Counted from the first letter of the whole stretch, positions 40,047-50,557 are shown. The stretch is DNA of 62,490 bases, filler included, from 4 parts of 4 records of this genome joined end to end with filler, not necessarily neighbours in it; one strand, 5' to 3'. Notes: generated by a model from the sequence alone, not told the origin. Translations and numbers: made by a program.

Positions 40047-40801
40047 TATTATATATAGCAGGCTATGGGCGAAGTGGTTCAACACTTTTGGATATTATTC
40101 TTTCAAACGCAAAAGACGGATTTACCTTAGGGGAAATAAGCAATATATTTAATGAAAAAATTAAAGTTACCGATGCCTTTTACGCAGATATTTTTTTTCG
40201 GACCTGTGCCGAACTCAATCTTTCTGATTCTGAAATTAAGAAAATAGAAATGTCCGATAAGCTATTCCATGATTACAGTTCGAAATATGGTTCTTTTTGG
40301 AATCATTTTCTCAAGAACATAAAAGAGAAGCAGGAAGTAGAATACTTTATAGATTCTTCAAAAACAACTTGGCATACTTTTTTTAGACCGTATCATTTAG
40401 CTAAATCTGGTTTTGATGTCAGAATTATATTTCTAAAGGCATCTTATAAAAAAGTATGGCTATCTGCATTAAAAGGCTCAAATAAATCTCTTACCTCCAA
40501 TAATGCACCTATAAAAAAAAATTATGTTTTTGCATTTAGAACTCTTATTTCTAAGTTTTTAATCGATTTACTTACGAATTTATATTATATAAAAAATAAA
40601 AATAAGTACTACAAGCTTAGTTATGAGGACTTGATTGCTGACCCGCTGAAGACCATTCAATCAATTTCCAAAGAAATTGAAGTTAACTTTATTGACCTTG
40701 ATGATAAGATTAAACGAAATGAATTCTTAATCAAAGGAGGTTATCTTGGAAATAGACTTAGAAAACAAGGGGCTTTTATTAAAATAAAGACTGCTAATTA
40801 A
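40043..40801 (+). CDS. PAPS-dependent sulfotransferase
   Basis: ILYIAGYGRSGSTLLD, LGEI, FIDSSK, SYEDLIADP, GNRLR; ATGA overlap with the upstream stop. Confidence 0.82.
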   Translation: MILYIAGYGRSGSTLLDIILSNAKDGFTLGEISNIFNEKIKVTDAFYADIFFRTCAELNLSDSEIKKIEMSDKLFHDYSSKYGSFWNHFLKNIKEKQEVEYFIDSSKTTWHTFFRPYHLAKSGFDVRIIFLKASYKKVWLSALKGSNKSLTSNNAPIKKNYVFAFRTLISKFLIDLLTNLYYIKNKNKYYKLSYEDLIADPLKTIQSISKEIEVNFIDLDDKIKRNEFLIKGGYLGNRLRKQGAFIKIKTAN

Positions 40802-40892
40802 ATTTTATATAAAAAAGGTTTTTAGTAATCCATACACTTTAAATTATCAATATAATTTTAATGTTTAATTTATTGTATTTAATAAAAATTTT

Positions 40893-42056
40893 GTGAAGAA
40901 AAAAAAACTCATTCGTATTACCACTGTCCCTGCTTCTCTTGATATACTTCTTGAAGGACAGATTGAGTATATGCAAAATTATTTTGAGGTCTGTGCTATT
41001 TCATCTGATAACAATACTTTAACAGCTTTAGGGAAGTCTAAAGGATATATAACCCATCACGTGGAAATGACTCGGAAGATAACGCCACTTTCGGACCTCA
41101 AAGCGGTTTATAAACTTTATAAATTTTTTAATAAGGAAAAACCTTTCATTGTTCATACCCACACTCCTAAAGCTGGGATTGTAGGGATGATGGCAGCTTG
41201 GATGGCTAACGTACCACATCGACTACATACAGTTGCTGGCTTGCCTCTTATGGAGGCGACAGGCCCTAAGAGAGTAATGCTTAACTTAATAGAAAAGCTT
41301 ACATACAGCTATGCCACGAAAGTTTATCCAAATTCAAAAGGTCTTTATGATTTTATAGTTTCTGAAAATTTAGCTAAAATTAATAAACTCAAAATAATTG
41401 GCCAAGGAAGTAGTAATGGGATTGATACGCAATATTTTGATCCTACGCCCTTTGCTTCTATGAGAAACTCTCTTCGTCAAGAGCTTACTATTTCACAAGA
41501 TGATTTTGTATATGTTTTTGTAGGTAGACTTGTAGGAGATAAAGGTATCAATGAATTGATATCTGCATTTCAAAATTTAAACTCACGACCTACTTCAAAC
41601 CTCTCAAAATTAGTATTAGTAGGACCATTTGAAACTGAATTAGACCCATTAAAAGCTGAAACATTGCTAGCGATTGAGGCTAACCCAAATATAGTTTCTG
41701 TCGGTTTTCAAAGAGATGTCCGGCCATACTTTACCATAGCAGACGCCTTGGTCTTTCCTAGTTACCGTGAAGGCTTTCCTAATGTGGTAATGCAGGCGGG
41801 AGCAATGGGCTTACCCTCAATTGTATCGGATATTAATGGGTGTAACGAAATAATAATTCCTGATGTAAATGGAATACTTATACCTTCCAAAAGTACTAAA
41901 GCTTTAGAAGAAGCAATGCGCACCATACTGAAGGACACAAACCTATATCGAGAATTAAAAAAAAATGCTAGAGTACAAATAACATGTCGCTTTCAAAGGC
42001 AACAAATTTGGGAGGCGTTATTATTAGAATATAAATCTTTTCTTCGGAAAAATTAA
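40893..42056 (+). CDS. Glycosyltransferase family 4 (PglA/CapM-like)
   Basis: VHTHTPKAG, FVGRLVGDKGINEL, PSYREGFPNVVMQA. Confidence 0.9.
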   Translation: MKKKKLIRITTVPASLDILLEGQIEYMQNYFEVCAISSDNNTLTALGKSKGYITHHVEMTRKITPLSDLKAVYKLYKFFNKEKPFIVHTHTPKAGIVGMMAAWMANVPHRLHTVAGLPLMEATGPKRVMLNLIEKLTYSYATKVYPNSKGLYDFIVSENLAKINKLKIIGQGSSNGIDTQYFDPTPFASMRNSLRQELTISQDDFVYVFVGRLVGDKGINELISAFQNLNSRPTSNLSKLVLVGPFETELDPLKAETLLAIEANPNIVSVGFQRDVRPYFTIADALVFPSYREGFPNVVMQAGAMGLPSIVSDINGCNEIIIPDVNGILIPSKSTKALEEAMRTILKDTNLYRELKKNARVQITCRFQRQQIWEALLLEYKSFLRKN

Positions 42057-42121
42057 ATTGAAATATTCTAAATTTGTAAAGCCAACCTTTATCCTTATTT
42101 TCGTATATTAAAACAAAAGCC

Positions 42122-42736
42122 TTGATTTACCAAAAGTTAATTAAACCCTTTTTCGATTTTTCTTGCTCTCTTCTGGGCTTAATTATAGTATCTCCTATCT
42201 TTATAATTGTGATGATAAGCCTTGCCTTGTCAAATCAAGGAAAACCTTTCTTTTTTCAAGAACGTCCTGGTAAAAAAGGAAAAATATTTAAAATTATCAA
42301 GTTCAAATCGATGAACGATAAGAAAGATGTGCACGGAAATTTGCTTTCGGATGCTGAAAGACTAACTCCCATTGGTGCTTTGGTTCGTAAAACATCACTT
42401 GACGAAATTCCTCAATTGCTGAATGTGTTAAAAGGAGATATGAGTCTAATTGGACCAAGACCATTATTAGTTCATTATCTCCCCCTTTATTCTGAGTTTC
42501 AAAGTAGACGGCATAATGTAAAACCAGGGATTACTGGGTGGGCACAAGTAAATGGAAGAAATATTGCAAAATTTAGCAAGCGGTTTGAATATGATGTTTG
42601 GTATGTTGATAATTTGTCTTTTAAACTTGATGTAAAGATATTTGTTATGACTATCAAGAAAGTTTTTATATCTGATGGAATGATAAATGGACAGGATATT
42701 AAAGATGTTGATGATTTAAAATTTAATGAATTTTAA
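42122..42736 (+). CDS. Initiating phosphoglycosyltransferase (PglC-like sugar transferase)
   Basis: KFKSM, RKTSLDEIPQL, GDMSLIGPRP, KPGITGWAQVNGRN; -7 element TAAATTTG at 42069-42076. Confidence 0.92.
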   Translation: MIYQKLIKPFFDFSCSLLGLIIVSPIFIIVMISLALSNQGKPFFFQERPGKKGKIFKIIKFKSMNDKKDVHGNLLSDAERLTPIGALVRKTSLDEIPQLLNVLKGDMSLIGPRPLLVHYLPLYSEFQSRRHNVKPGITGWAQVNGRNIAKFSKRFEYDVWYVDNLSFKLDVKIFVMTIKKVFISDGMINGQDIKDVDDLKFNEF

Positions 42737-42789
42737 AGTTCAACCTCAGCGTTTTTTAAAATTAATTAAACTTTAATTAAAATAATATT

Positions 42790-43317
42790 ATGAGAGTATT
42801 TCTTAGAGCGTTCAATAAAACTGATAGTGAAATCATTTATCCTTGGTTATGCGACCAAGAAGTTTTGTCATTAACTGGTGGGAATTCTTATTTTGCTTCA
42901 AAAGATTATGTAGATAAGTGGACAGAAAATAAAATATTTAATACGAAAGATTATTATTTGGCTATATGTCTAAATGAAACCCAGGAAATGATTGGATATT
43001 TGAGTATTAATGATATTGATCATCAAAATAGAAAAGCTGTTTGGGGTGGATTATTAATCGGCAATAAAAATTATTGGGGAAAAGGAATTGCTACAGAAGC
43101 AGCAACATTGATGTTAAAGTTTGTTTTTGAAGAATTAAACGTTAATTTATTTTGGGCTTTTTGGTTGGAAGAACATACTGCATCTATCAAACTAGGAGAA
43201 AAATTGGGGTTTAAAAAAATTGGTATTTTACCACAAGGTCTATTTAAAGCTGGGAAATTTCACAATCAATGCCTAATGTATATTTTAAAAGAAGATTATA
43301 TCCAAAATCCCGAGTAA
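42790..43317 (+). CDS. GNAT N-acyltransferase (RimJ/RimL, PseH-like)
   Basis: VFLRAF, IGNKNYWGKGIATEA, ASIKLGEKLGF. Confidence 0.85.
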   Translation: MRVFLRAFNKTDSEIIYPWLCDQEVLSLTGGNSYFASKDYVDKWTENKIFNTKDYYLAICLNETQEMIGYLSINDIDHQNRKAVWGGLLIGNKNYWGKGIATEAATLMLKFVFEELNVNLFWAFWLEEHTASIKLGEKLGFKKIGILPQGLFKAGKFHNQCLMYILKEDYIQNPE

Positions 43318-43350
43318 AGTTTTCTAATCAAAAAAAATAAATATAGCTGT

Positions 43351-44397
43351 ATGAAAATTAAAGAATATGGCTCCGATTTTCATTATATTGATTCAGAAAA
43401 ATGGAGGGCTGTTAATACTATTAATTCATTTTTTGCGGAGAATGATTTAAATTTATACTATTCTGGAAGGGCAGCCCTATATGCTATTTTGGAAACAGGA
43501 ATAAAGAATAATGGATGGCATACCCTCGCAATTCCTTCATATTATTGTCATGAAGTAATAAATTTCATCAAGTCCCTTTCCATAACAATTGAATATTATG
43601 AAATAACTCCATTTAAAGAAATTGAGTTTAACTTAGAAAATTGGGAAGATAGTGCACAAACTGTAGTTTTAATAGTGGATTATTTTGGAGTAGATAAAAT
43701 AGATTATTCCCAATTAAAAAATTCAATTATTATTGAAGATTTTACACACAATATCGAATTTTTTAAAAAAAGTAAAGCAAACTATTGTTTTGGATCATTA
43801 AGGAAAGTCTTACCAATTCCAGTAGGTGGGTTTTGTTATTTTGGAAATAGTAAACCAGTAGCGATAGCCCCCTCTAATTTGCAGGCAGATTCAGAGACAA
43901 TGTCTAGGTTTTCTGCGATGTATTTAAAAAATCAATTTTTAAAAGGGACATTTGCGAATAAAGATTTTTTTAGAAAACTATACGCTTCAACGGAGGAAAA
44001 TTTTGCTCATAATTATGCTTATTCTTCTCTTCCAAATAGCGCAAAAGATTACCTTAATTCCCTTTTAATACAAGAAATTTTTGACGCAAAGAAAAAAAAC
44101 TTGTCCCTAGCAAAATTATTACTTCAACAAAATGATTCCTTTGAATTAATGTCTTGTAAAGACAATACCGATTTTGCGTTAACATTAAAATTTTATGATT
44201 CAGAAATAAGGGATTCTTTTAAAAGTTATTTAATAAATCATAATATATTTCCCATTGTTTTATGGCCTAACCAATTTATAGCGGCCAATAAACAATTTGA
44301 ACAGACAATTTTATTCATTCACGTTGATTTTCGTTATAATAAAGAAGATATAACAACAATTATCAACATAATTAATCACTATTTTGATAAAGCATAA
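43351..44397 (+). CDS. Divergent fold-type-I PLP-dependent protein (DegT/DnrJ-like)
   Basis: SGRAAL, IPSYYC, VDYFG, IIEDFTH, GSLRK (candidate Schiff-base Lys), PVGG. Confidence 0.65.
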   Translation: MKIKEYGSDFHYIDSEKWRAVNTINSFFAENDLNLYYSGRAALYAILETGIKNNGWHTLAIPSYYCHEVINFIKSLSITIEYYEITPFKEIEFNLENWEDSAQTVVLIVDYFGVDKIDYSQLKNSIIIEDFTHNIEFFKKSKANYCFGSLRKVLPIPVGGFCYFGNSKPVAIAPSNLQADSETMSRFSAMYLKNQFLKGTFANKDFFRKLYASTEENFAHNYAYSSLPNSAKDYLNSLLIQEIFDAKKKNLSLAKLLLQQNDSFELMSCKDNTDFALTLKFYDSEIRDSFKSYLINHNIFPIVLWPNQFIAANKQFEQTILFIHVDFRYNKEDITTIINIINHYFDKA

Positions 44398-45421
44398 TTT
44401 TCAAGTCATTAAAGCTAATTCCAAAGAATGGAATGATACCCTAAAAAAAAGTCATGAATTTGACTTTTACCATACTGAATTCTACCATAGCCTAGAAAAG
44501 GATGGGACTCCGATTATGTTATTGGTTAGTAGAGGTGAGGATTTTATAAGCTTACCTTTAATTATCCGAAATATCCAAGATTCTGAATATTTAGACGCAA
44601 CTTCGGTTTATGGATATAGCGGCCCTATCGCTAATAGACCCATAGAAGCTATTGATTTTGATTTTCTAACTTTTTTTAAAAATGAAGTGCTTAATTATTT
44701 TAAGCAAGAAAATATTATTTCCGTCTTTTCACGATTACACCCTTTAATTAATCAAAAAAATATATTTATTGACTTTGGTGATTTGGTTGAATTAAACAAA
44801 ACCGTTTCCATAGATTTAACTATTCCTGTTGATGAACAACGTCGCGTTTATAGAAAATCGTTAAAATCTGAATTGAACCAGTTAAGACGCTTTGGTTATA
44901 CTGTTGAGGAGTCAAAGGATAAATTTGAAATAGATGCTTTTATTGAAATTTATAATTCCACAATGGATAAATTAGAAGCTTCTGAGGGGTATTATTTTAG
45001 TAATGAATACTTTCACTCTTTTCTAAAGAATAAAGACTTTAAAAGCAAACTTCTCTTAGCAAAATTCGAAGGAGCAATTGTTGCTGGAGCCATTTTTACT
45101 ATTGTAGGAGGTATTATGCAATACCACTTAGCCGGAACAAAGCAAGAATTCATTCAAAAAGCTCCGATGAAATTAATTTTGGATGAAGCTCGTATATTGG
45201 GTACTTCATTAGGTCTAAAATATTTACACCTAGGAGGTGGTGTTGGAGGAGAAGATACAGATTCACTTTTTAGGTTTAAAACAGCTTTTTCGAAAAATTT
45301 CCATCAATTTTCAGTTTGGAAAATGGTTGTAGATAAAGAAAAATATCAAGAATTGGTGATAAAAAAAGCGTTGAACGATTCTGACAGTGGCTTTTTTCCT
45401 TTATATCGCCTCTCTACTTAA
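44384..45421 (+). CDS. FemAB-like / GNAT-fold acyl or aminoacyl transferase
   Basis: DFYHT, SVYGYSGP, FSRLHP, YYFSNEYF, QYHLAGT, HLGGG, LFRFK..F. Confidence 0.75.
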   Translation: MIKHNFQVIKANSKEWNDTLKKSHEFDFYHTEFYHSLEKDGTPIMLLVSRGEDFISLPLIIRNIQDSEYLDATSVYGYSGPIANRPIEAIDFDFLTFFKNEVLNYFKQENIISVFSRLHPLINQKNIFIDFGDLVELNKTVSIDLTIPVDEQRRVYRKSLKSELNQLRRFGYTVEESKDKFEIDAFIEIYNSTMDKLEASEGYYFSNEYFHSFLKNKDFKSKLLLAKFEGAIVAGAIFTIVGGIMQYHLAGTKQEFIQKAPMKLILDEARILGTSLGLKYLHLGGGVGGEDTDSLFRFKTAFSKNFHQFSVWKMVVDKEKYQELVIKKALNDSDSGFFPLYRLST

Positions 45422-45640
45422 AAAGCATAATAAGACAATAGAGATTATTAAACGTGGCATTAACAGTTGTTTTGTAATCATCATCAATCTATTAACGATT
45501 TTTATAGCACATGCCAATAGCTATAGTATCTATAAGTAGTATTGAAGTCCGGATTAAAATTGAGATATCTGAAGACAGGAAAGCACTTAAATTCTACAGC
45601 TTTATTATAAGCTAAAGAATTACATCAGTGTACGAAATTT

Positions 45641-46255
45641 ATAAACACTAAAAATTATCGCCCCATCAAAAGAATATTCGAAATACTACTCTCATTCTTA
45701 TTACTAATCCTACTAGGTTGGCTATTGCTATCTTTAATTTTAATTGCTTTTTTAGATACAGGTAGAGGAATATTTGCACAAATTCGTATTGGTCAATACG
45801 GAAAACCATTTAAAATTTATAAAATTCGAACTATTGGGTTGCATTCTAAAAAGATCTCTTATTATGGAAAGTTTCTACGAAAATCTAAGTTTGATGAATT
45901 ACCGCAACTATTAAATATATTTTTTGGGAAAATGAGTTTTGTTGGATTTCGTCCAGATATTCCTGGGTATTATGATATGTTATCGGGGGAGTCTAGAAAA
46001 ATTTTGGAATTAAAACCGGGTCTTTTTAGTAGGGCCGCTTATAAATATTTTAATGAAGAATATATATTATCACAACAGGAACATCCGCAGAAATATAATG
46101 ATGACATTATTTTCCCCGATAAAATTAAAATGAATCTTCATTATTATTATACTAGGTCTTTTTTAGAAGACTTGAAGATTATGGCAACATTTTTGCTTCT
46201 TAAAAAAATTAAATTTAAACCTCACATTTTTATTGTTTTAAATTTCTTTTTTTAA
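45641..46255 (+). CDS. Second sugar transferase (Bac_transf family); start codon uncertain
   Basis: QIRIGQYGKPFKIYKIRT, LRKSKFDELPQL, MSFVGFRP, LKPG. Conserved N-terminus YRPIKRIFE lies upstream of the called TTG 45725. Confidence 0.75.
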   Translation: MNTKNYRPIKRIFEILLSFLLLILLGWLLLSLILIAFLDTGRGIFAQIRIGQYGKPFKIYKIRTIGLHSKKISYYGKFLRKSKFDELPQLLNIFFGKMSFVGFRPDIPGYYDMLSGESRKILELKPGLFSRAAYKYFNEEYILSQQEHPQKYNDDIIFPDKIKMNLHYYYTRSFLEDLKIMATFLLLKKIKFKPHIFIVLNFFF

Positions 46256-46370
46256 TATTAAATTCTTACTTAATATCCACTTTATCGAAAATATATTCAT
46301 ATAAACGGTGAAAAATTCGCTTTTTTCAATATTTTCCTACATAAAAGATGTAAGTAATAGGATATTTTTC

Positions 46371-46378
46371 TAAATTTG
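46371..46378 (+). promoter_or_regulatory. -7 element TAAATTTG upstream of the aminotransferase/dehydratase pair
   Basis: TAnnTTTG match in a 277-nt intergenic region. Confidence 0.45.
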
Positions 46379-46532
46379 TAAACTCCCCGCTTACTATTTG
46401 AGTATTGGAATTTTATATAATACATATGTGAAATTCAAATAAATACCCAATGGGTTAAGTATGTAACTATTCAAAATAAATTTTAAGATTTGAAATAAAT
46501 TCAGAAGTGGTTTTATAAAGACCATTTAGCGC

Positions 46533-47669
46533 ATGAAAGAAAAAATTTATTTATCATCACCCCATATGGGTGGTACTGAAGAAAAGTATGTTGGAGAAGC
46601 TTTTAAAACCAATTGGATTGCTCCATTGGGTCCAAATGTATCTTCCTTTGAAGAAAGTTTGGAGAGCTATTTGTCTTCAGGGAGTTATGTTGCTGCATTA
46701 AGCTCTGGTACTGCAGCAATCCATTTAGCATTAATTTTATTAAATGTTGAAAGAGGTGACGAAGTTTTATGCCAAAGTTTAACTTTTTCTGCTTCTGCAA
46801 ACCCTATTTTGTATATGGGGGCTACACCAATTTTTGTTGATAGCGAGCCAGAAACATGGAATTTATGTCCGAATCATTTGGAAGATGCCATAAAAGACAG
46901 ATTGGCAAAAGGCAAAAGACCAAAAGCAATTGTGGCTGTTCACTTATATGGAATGCCTTATCAAGTGGAAGCTATTGAAGCAATTTCAAAAAAGTATGAT
47001 ATTCCAGTTATTGAAGATAGTGCAGAAGCATTGGGAAGTAGTTACAAAAACCAGAAATGTGGAACTTTTGGAGCTATTTCTATTCTTTCATTTAATGGGA
47101 ATAAAATTATAACTACTTCTGGTGGTGGTGCTTTGGTGTCAAGAAACCAAGAACATAAAGCTAAAGCAATATTCCTAGCTACGCAAGCACGTGACGAAGC
47201 TCCACATTATCAGCATAGTGAGATAGGTTATAATTATAGGTTGAGTAATGTATGTGCAGGTATTGGTAGAGGGCAAATGGAAGTTCTTGATGTTCATGTT
47301 AATTTACGTCGTGAGATGAATCAATTTTACCAAAAACTTTTTGAATCAGAAAGTTCAATTAAAGTTTTTGATGAACCATCTGCAGATTTTTTTAGTAACC
47401 ATTGGTTAAGCTGTATAAATTTCAAGGACCATAATTCAGTTAAAAATCCAGATGGGCTTCGTGAAGCTTTTTTGGTCGATAATATTGAGTCTAGGCCGCT
47501 GTGGAAACCAATGCATTTACAGCCAATCTTTAAGGATGCTCCTTTTTATGGTGACGGTACAAGTGAATTATTATTTAAAAAAGGGCTTTGTCTTCCTTCA
47601 GGAAGTAATTTAACCGATAGCGATCGGGAACGTATTCAAACTGTAGTTGTAAATTATCTTAATGCTTAA
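46533..47669 (+). CDS. DegT/DnrJ/EryC1/StrS sugar aminotransferase (PglE/EpsN-like)
   Basis: LSSPHMG, NWIAPLGP, SSGTAAIHL, EDSAEALG, SFNGNKIITTSGGG, GYNYRLSN. Confidence 0.93.
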   Translation: MKEKIYLSSPHMGGTEEKYVGEAFKTNWIAPLGPNVSSFEESLESYLSSGSYVAALSSGTAAIHLALILLNVERGDEVLCQSLTFSASANPILYMGATPIFVDSEPETWNLCPNHLEDAIKDRLAKGKRPKAIVAVHLYGMPYQVEAIEAISKKYDIPVIEDSAEALGSSYKNQKCGTFGAISILSFNGNKIITTSGGGALVSRNQEHKAKAIFLATQARDEAPHYQHSEIGYNYRLSNVCAGIGRGQMEVLDVHVNLRREMNQFYQKLFESESSIKVFDEPSADFFSNHWLSCINFKDHNSVKNPDGLREAFLVDNIESRPLWKPMHLQPIFKDAPFYGDGTSELLFKKGLCLPSGSNLTDSDRERIQTVVVNYLNA

Positions 47670-47672
47670 GGT

Positions 47673-49625
47673 ATGAATAGAAAAAGTAAAATTCCGAAAA
47701 AACTGATTGTTCTTTACAGTCATTTTAGAAGGTTTGTATTAGAGCAAAGTTACTTGCCTAGATGGATAGTAGTTTTGATAGATTTGTCTATTTGCCTTTT
47801 TTCATATACCATTACGTTGCTTATTTTACGTGATACTCCTTTAAAGTTTTATGATGTTTTATCATTTCCTCAAAAAGCATTTGTGTTATTAGGACTTCAT
47901 CTTGTATGTTTTATGCTTTTCCGTTCTTATTCTGGAATTATTAGACATAGCACATTTACTGATGTTTATAGATTGGCTTTAGCAACAACCTGTGTACTTT
48001 TTATAACCATTACAGGAAACAGGATTTTTGAAATGTTTGTAGGATATAAAATTTTTCTTTCTACAAGTCTTTTATTATACGCCTTCTTTTCATTTACACT
48101 GTTAACAGCTTTTAGAATAACAGTAAAAGAAATTTATCGTTTCTTTCGTAAAGCGGCATCAGGCAATCTAAAGAAACGTGTAATTGTACTGGGCGTAGAT
48201 GATCAAACAATTGCTTTAACTCAAGCTTTGATGGCAGATTCGAGCTCACAATACCGTCCAATCGCATTCTTGAATTCTACTGAAAAACGTGGCAAATTTA
48301 AACTCATGGGGCTTCCGGTAATAGGTGTTCAAGGTAGTTTGCCTGAAGAAATTTGTAATTATAATAATGAATTAGGTGCCGATGGTGTATTGTTAGTAAG
48401 TAACCTCTTTACAATTCCTGAAAAAAACACAATAGCTGAATGTTGTTTCGCAAATGGATTAGGAGTTTATAATATTTCTTTACCTGAACAATGGAAAAAA
48501 CCAAGCGATATGCAATTACGGATTACTCCAATGCAAATCGAGGATCTTTTGGAGCGAAACGTAATAGAAACAGATATTAAATTAATTTCAGAAGATTTAT
48601 ATAACAAAACAATATTAGTAACTGGCGGAGCAGGAAGTATTGGAAGTGAATTGGTAAGACAGATAGCGGTATTTAAACCTAAAAAACTAATTGTTCTTGA
48701 TAATGCAGAAAGCGCTTTACATACTATTGATGTATTCCTAAAGAAGAATTTCCCAGATTTAAAATACCAATGTTATTTGGCAGACATTACCTTGAAAGGC
48801 CGTATGCAAGGTATATTTAAAAAATTTCTTTTTGATGTAGTTTTTCATGCGGCGGCATACAAGCATGTGCCCATGATTGAAAAACATCCTCGAGAAGGAA
48901 TTTGCACTAATACCTTAGGAACGCGAGTTGTTGCAGATTTAGCTCATAAATACCGCTGCCAGCGCTTTATAATGATTTCAACAGATAAGGCTGTTAGACC
49001 TAGTAATGTAATGGGGGCGTCTAAACGCGCTGCCGAAATGTATGTACAAGCATTACAGCGCCAACCCGATGTAACAACAAAATTTATAACCACTCGTTTT
49101 GGAAACGTTTTGGGAAGTAATGGTTCCGTAATTCCATTTTTTAGAGAACAAATTAAAAATGGTGGACCTGTAACGGTAACACATAAAGATATCATCAGGT
49201 ATTTTATGACCATCCAAGAAGCATGTCAGTTAGTTCTACAAGCTGGAACTATGGGTAGAGGAGGGGAAATATTTGTTTTTGACATGGGTAAACCTGTTAG
49301 AATATTAGACATGGCAGAACGAATGATAAAATTGAGTGGCTTAGTGCCCTATGTTGATATTCCAATTGAAATAACAGGACTCCGCGAAGGTGAGAAACTT
49401 TACGAAGAACTCTTGAATGATGGGGAATGTACTCTTCCAACTTTTCACCCAAAAATAATGGTTAGTAGTGTTGTTGAATATGATTATCAGGAAGTAAAAG
49501 ACGCTTTAGATGAGCTGAGTTATTTAGCCAATAATGTAGGGAAAAAGAAAAACCTTATAAAAAGATTAAAAATCTTGGTGCCGGAATATTTAAGCCAAAA
49601 TTCTGTTTATATGGATTTGGATTAA
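47673..49625 (+). CDS. Membrane-bound UDP-GlcNAc 4,6-dehydratase (PglF/CapD-like)
   Basis: 4 N-terminal TM; TGGAGSIGSEL, HAAAYKHVP, STDKAV, MGASKR, RFGNVLGSNGSV, GEKLYEEL. Confidence 0.93.
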   Translation: MNRKSKIPKKLIVLYSHFRRFVLEQSYLPRWIVVLIDLSICLFSYTITLLILRDTPLKFYDVLSFPQKAFVLLGLHLVCFMLFRSYSGIIRHSTFTDVYRLALATTCVLFITITGNRIFEMFVGYKIFLSTSLLLYAFFSFTLLTAFRITVKEIYRFFRKAASGNLKKRVIVLGVDDQTIALTQALMADSSSQYRPIAFLNSTEKRGKFKLMGLPVIGVQGSLPEEICNYNNELGADGVLLVSNLFTIPEKNTIAECCFANGLGVYNISLPEQWKKPSDMQLRITPMQIEDLLERNVIETDIKLISEDLYNKTILVTGGAGSIGSELVRQIAVFKPKKLIVLDNAESALHTIDVFLKKNFPDLKYQCYLADITLKGRMQGIFKKFLFDVVFHAAAYKHVPMIEKHPREGICTNTLGTRVVADLAHKYRCQRFIMISTDKAVRPSNVMGASKRAAEMYVQALQRQPDVTTKFITTRFGNVLGSNGSVIPFFREQIKNGGPVTVTHKDIIRYFMTIQEACQLVLQAGTMGRGGEIFVFDMGKPVRILDMAERMIKLSGLVPYVDIPIEITGLREGEKLYEELLNDGECTLPTFHPKIMVSSVVEYDYQEVKDALDELSYLANNVGKKKNLIKRLKILVPEYLSQNSVYMDLD

Positions 49626-49753
49626 ATTCCCTATCTCTAAAAATTCTAATTCACCCTTATATTAATGACTTTATACCTGAAATTGAACAATTTGTTTAAT
49701 TATTGAATTGAAATCCATTAAGTTTTAATGCTTAATCGAGAAAAGAAAAAGTA

Positions 49754-49761
49754 TATATTTG
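49754..49761 (+). promoter_or_regulatory. -7 element TATATTTG for wza-wzc
   Basis: TAnnTTTG 13 nt before the ATG, followed by an A-rich translation initiation region. Confidence 0.55.
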
Positions 49762-49774
49762 CAAAAAAAAATAA

Positions 49775-50557
49775 ATGAAAAGATATTTAGGTACATTTTT
49801 ACTATTAGTTTTAGTACTTGTTTTGGGAGTATCCTGTGTTTCAAGAGAGAAATTAGTTTACTTTCAGGATTTAGAGCAACAAAAGCCTTTAATGGACAGT
49901 ATCCAAAATAGCTTTAAGATTCAACCTAATGACCTAATAAGCATAGTTGTTTCTGCGTACGATCTTAGTGCTGTACGTCCTTTTAATTTAATAAGCGAAA
50001 CTCGCCCAAGTACAGATTTCTCAGGTATCTCATCTAGCACGACTCAACAACAAGCTTATCTTACTGCCGAAGATGGTACTATTGATTTTCCAGTATTAGG
50101 GAGGATTAAAATATCAGGCCTTACTAGAAGCGGCTTAAGTGAGCTCTTGGAAATTCGCATTTCAGAATATGTAAAAGATCCTATAGTAACCATAAGAGTG
50201 ATTAATTTTAAAGTGAGTATACTTGGTGAAGTAGCGAGACCTGGCACATACAATGTTGAAGGCGAAAGACTCACTATACCAGAAGCACTAGGCCTTGCTG
50301 GAGATATGACGATTTTTGGACGAAGAGACAATGTACTCGTAATCCGTGATAATGGTAATGGTAAGCAATATAAATACTTGGATTTTAGAGACTCATCGGT
50401 ATTAAATAGTGATTTTTATTACCTTCAACAAAATGACGTTATATACGTAGAACCTAATAACGCCCAAATCCAAAGCAGTAGCTTTAATAGAAATACTAGT
50501 ATATATATAAGTATTGCTTCCTTGCTATTATCAGTATTAGTAATTGTCTTTAGGTAG
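49775..50557 (+). CDS. wza: Polysaccharide export lipoprotein (Wza/OPX)
   Basis: Lipobox GVSC; DGTIDFPVLG, GEVARPG, ALGLAGD, LQQNDVIYVEPN. Confidence 0.9.
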   Translation: MKRYLGTFLLLVLVLVLGVSCVSREKLVYFQDLEQQKPLMDSIQNSFKIQPNDLISIVVSAYDLSAVRPFNLISETRPSTDFSGISSSTTQQQAYLTAEDGTIDFPVLGRIKISGLTRSGLSELLEIRISEYVKDPIVTIRVINFKVSILGEVARPGTYNVEGERLTIPEALGLAGDMTIFGRRDNVLVIRDNGNGKQYKYLDFRDSSVLNSDFYYLQQNDVIYVEPNNAQIQSSSFNRNTSIYISIASLLLSVLVIVFR

